DNA of 63,865 nucleotides, filler included, from Perkinsus chesapeaki ATCC PRA-425 (taxonomy: Eukaryota; Protista; Perkinsozoa), in NCBI GenBank assembly GCA_013115145.1. It is 9 parts of 9 records of this genome, joined end to end, with 100 filler letters (N's around TTAATTAATTAA, not from the genome) between each part and the next. Parts side by side here need not be neighbours in the genome. Positions count along the whole stretch, not along the records: positions 55,661 to 60,565 come from JAAPAO010001213.1; positions 60,666 to 62,480 come from JAAPAO010001772.1; positions 62,581 to 63,865 come from JAAPAO010002060.1; 6 more parts are not named here. One strand, written 5' to 3'. Below the pieces are notes generated by a model that saw only the letters and a list, made by a program, of their open reading frames with translations, did no database searches and was not told the origin of the DNA. Of this stretch, positions 60,153 through 63,865 are shown in pieces; positions within the stretch are counted from its first letter, which is position 1; each line of letters opens with the position of its first letter. The position numbers and the translations under genes are program-made.

Positions 60153-60492
60153 CCATCATTCACTTGGTCATTCACAATGATGACATTGTATTTTTTTGTT
60201 AACCATGGACCGCACCGGTTCATCTGAGCATTATTGGGCTCGACGCTCCTCATTGCTCCTCTCGCATTACTGCTTTCCATCCCTGGAGTTGCGTTTTGAA
60301 GGCGGCGTACTGTCGTTCATGGTGATGGTAAGCCTTCATCATTCTGCTGGAATCTCTTCACTGTATTGCCAATCTACTGGTGGACGACTCATGAGGGGAC
60401 GTCTGTTATGTGTAATCCCTCGAAGTACTTCTACTTTCGACATCACCGAACATGGATAACCAGCTATTGCCAAATTTAATGGAGTTATAGTG

Positions 60493-60565
60493 TTATTTTT
60501 ATATCATTACATTTATATATTATTTTCATATCATTACATTTATATATTATTTTTATATCATTACA
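60493..60565. repeat. 27-bp AT-rich tandem repeat at contig end
   Basis: TATCATTAC recurs at 60502, 60529 and 60556. Confidence 0.85.
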
Positions 60566-60665
60566 NNNNNNNNNNNNNNNNNNNNNNNNNNNNNNNNNNN
60601 NNNNNNNNNTTAATTAATTAANNNNNNNNNNNNNNNNNNNNNNNNNNNNNNNNNNNNNNNNNNNN

Positions 60666-62480
60666 GAATATTCAAAAGATCAGATCTTTGCATGATATAC
60701 AAGAACAATGGGCGTGAGGGCCCCAAGGCCTGGAGACCCATTGCTCTCATGTCGTGCCTTGGTAAATTCATTGAGCTTGTTATTAAAAACAGACTAGTCC
60801 GAAGTCTAGGATGCCCACCACCATCTGCGCACGGATACTGTGCGCACAGAAGCACAGTAACCGCTGTAGAACATATCACAGGTCTATCTTACAATCCGGA
60901 CAATGAAAGAATGGTCACCACCACCTTTGATGTATCGGCAGCTTTTGATAAGATCTCTTTTGACCATATCATTAAGGAAGTTGTAGCACTGACAGATACT
61001 CCAGCTTGGGGAAAACTTATAAGCTCTTACCTCCATGGAAATAAAGTGGTCTTAGATAACGACCACACATTCAGGGTTGCAGGCGTCGCGCAAGGAGGAG
61101 TGCTTGCGCCAATCTGTTTCGCCTTATCCACGTGGCGTATGGGCACGGAAGTATCCACACTGACCGGACCCTTTAACATAAGAATCGCGCTATATGCTGA
61201 TGATATCTGTGTAAGAATCACAGCAGCCGGCATACTTGGTCTCATCCAAGGGCTTCAGAAAACAGTAGATATCATCATGGCATGGGTAGTGAAAGCTGAC
61301 CTACAGCTAGACCCTCAGAAAAACGAGGCTATCACAGACAGTCAGAGTACAACTGATCTGCTGGTAGACGAACTAGCTAGTACAGATCTCGAGTACATTG
61401 GGAACAACATAAAGCCAGAAATAAAATGGCTTGGAATCTGGCTCAACCCGAAAGGAAGCTGGAGACTACATATTGAACACGCTTTCGGAAAAGGCAAAAG
61501 AGCAATGTATATACTGAGGCGTATCATCGGACGGGACAGAGACATCGACCCAAAGCTCGCACTGCTCGGGTGGAAGGCACACGTGGTACCCACTATACTG
61601 TATGGGTGCGAGCTATGGGGAGAGGTGGCCAGATACAAATGGTTTATTGATAAGTGTACTAAACTGGAAGCTAGCTTTTCTCGCCTCATATTCGGTCTGG
61701 TGAAAACCACACCGACGGTATTTGCAGCAAGACTACTGGCGTCATTGGCAGATCCCATTTGGGTTCAAACCAGAGTGAGATATGCTAGCTCCAAGCTCCA
61801 TAAGAGAAAGCTAGTACCCATTAACTTACCACCTAGGGTAGAACATTACCTGGAAGACTGGGGAGTAACCAGTATAAAAGACAGAGAGGTACACAACCTA
61901 GACAACTCATTAATCACAGACCCTGAAAACTTAGGCAGAGCAAAAATCATAATAGGTGATGGCAGTCCACCAAAAATTGATTCCGGAAACACTCTGTGCT
62001 TCTACTCGGATGGATCAGTCATAGACAGAGGTAACACCTCTGCGAAGACCGGAGCCGGAGTCGTCAGGTTGGCTCCGGAAAGCCCACTAGGGTACGAGGG
62101 ACGTTCATACAATACCGGAAACAGCTCCAACATAGCACAATGTGAACTGGTTGGAGTTGAGCGCTCGATAGCATGGGCCAATGAAATAGCCCCATCACAG
62201 GCGAACCTTGAAAACCTCTATGTATGTCTAGACTCGCAGGCAGCTCTACGATCGATACAGAAAGCCTTGACTGGTAAAACATGCACAGAGCTAATAACAA
62301 GTATCATTGAAGAAGTTCATAGATGGACAAACACAGGGAACAAAAGAGTGTATCTTTGGTGGGTGAAAGGACACCAAGGACACATTTATAACGAGCTCAG
62401 TGACATATACGCAGGTCGTGCGGCAAGACAGGCAGCTGGAACAATCCAGCGACAGGTAAGGATACCTCGATCTTTCACCA
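60666..62480 (+). mobile_element. Non-LTR retrotransposon fragment: RT + RNase H (I/Ingi/Tad-like architecture), truncated by gaps
   Basis: WRPIALMSCLGK, FDVSAAFD, GVAQGGVLAP, YADD, KWLG; RNase H YSDGS, CEL, DSQAAL, WVKGH...NELSD. Confidence 0.92.
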
Positions 62481-63791
62481 NNNNNNNNNNNNNNNNNNNN
62501 NNNNNNNNNNNNNNNNNNNNNNNNTTAATTAATTAANNNNNNNNNNNNNNNNNNNNNNNNNNNNNNNNNNNNNNNNNNNNTCAACTTTTGGAGTGTGTTC
62601 GGGTTTCGGGTTTGAGTATTCCTCCCGCACTCCCGTGTTCGATGGGATTTTACTGCGCTGGTGGAGGATCTCCTGCGTATGTCCTCAAAGCGAGTTTTGC
62701 ATTGCAATTTTGCCATGCTGACAGAATAACTGCTACAGTAGATTTGATGTGGCCTTTCCTGATAGTAAATGATCGTTTATCCACACAGCGCAGCGCTAGT
62801 AGTGTTTATTGTAGAGGCGACTTCGGATTAACCTTGCCGGTAGCATGTGGCGAACTCCCCCCCGTATAACTCTTACATGATCAACCCTACGACGCCACGA
62901 CTTCGAGTCTCTTCAAGGCTCTGTTATTCGGAACAACTTATTCCCACAGGCAAACATGGGAACTTCCAACTGTTCTTGTGTATCGATCGATGTCAGCCTC
63001 TCATTGATAGTGTTTCGTTGCACATTGAGGCACCCTCCTGCATATGCAATATTAAGTTAAATCACGCCGCTGATTGATACTATTTATAGTACAAGGTAGT
63101 TTCGGTGGCTATCCTGAATTTGCGCCACGTATTAAGTGGATATACTAGATTCTGAGTCTGCTAATATTCCTCTAAGAGGAGTTGGACTATCATTAGAAGA
63201 GGAATCCTTTTTCAATGATTGTACTTTTGCTTTTTCTGTGGGATCCTTGAACAGGATGGTAGTTTGATACAGAACTTCGAATTTTGCTTCTCCAGAAATA
63301 TTGAAAATACTTCAGAATCTGAAGTTCAGGTCCACATTTGTTTCATTGGGAGTCGGTGATGGGATATGGGTCTGAACATGTTGAATCCTACTCACCTGTG
63401 CTGAGTGACACTTCACCATATGTAGCCTTGTTCTCTCTGCTTCTTTGACTAGGAGATACCTAGATATTATTTATTATCTATTAATAGATATTATTTATTA
63501 ATAGACACGAGCGATCTACTCTCTGAGCATCTATACGTAGAGCAGGACTAGCTGCCAAAGCGGCAACCCCTTATGTCCCCGGTACATTGACCATGTCGAG
63601 CCCATAATAACCTTCGCTTGACCATTTTCTCGAGTCAGAATTATCCTCCTCGCGGAAATTATCACTCATTGAGCGACAACGAAGCGGCACCATACTTTGG
63701 CAAAGCATCGGGTACTGATGGTTCTGTGCTGAGTACGGAAGTACAGTAGTCTACAACATACGAATTCCCGGTAGCAAGGGCCGCAAGCTAC

Positions 63792-63860
63792 TGTCACCAC
63801 AGTGGTGACACCACTGTTACTAACCGTGACAGTGACTAACAGTGTCTGTTACTAACAGAC
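63792..63860. repeat. Cluster of three adjacent short palindromes
   Basis: TGTCACCA-cag-TGGTGACA; CACTGTTAC-taacc-GTGACAGTG; GTCTGTTA-c-TAACAGAC. Confidence 0.7.
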
Positions 63861-63865
63861 GACTA

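Noticed and set aside
62581-63780. Short ORFs and a GGGTTTCGGGTTT telomere-like word in the last contig
   Set aside because: No recognisable domain or tandem telomeric array; left unannotated.

Overview
Eukaryotic, intron-rich protist DNA. Short GT-AG introns, AG acceptors just upstream of several start codons, class I fumarases and the mobile-element content fit a Perkinsus-like alveolate (inference, no database check). The window is nine contigs joined by eight artificial 100-nt linkers (N44-TTAATTAATTAA-N44), so adjacency across linkers is not evidence. Mobile elements: an apparently intact Ngaro/DIRS-type tyrosine-recombinase retrotransposon, the 5' part of a Ty3/gypsy LTR element (LTR, Met-i PBS, gag, -1 frameshift signal, protease) with a related LTR copy elsewhere, and a non-LTR RT-RNase H fragment. 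Host genes: two tandem class I fumarate hydratases, a CobW/ZNG1 GTPase, a DEAH helicase, WDR74/NSA1, a ppGalNAc-transferase, ubiquilin/DSK2, an ERGIC-53-like lectin, and several secreted Thr-rich or repeat proteins. There are two credible tRNAs and several degenerate ones. Most notable: (1) contig 45977-53507 looks like a diverged head-to-head pair of degenerate [Myb-like]-[unknown GGYRIE domain]-[OTU protease] units, each ending at a co-oriented tRNA gene; (2) tRNA 3' fragments make up much of up to three introns of the lectin gene; (3) a GC-rich multi-helix, pseudoknot-like element lies at the 3' end of the Ngaro element.
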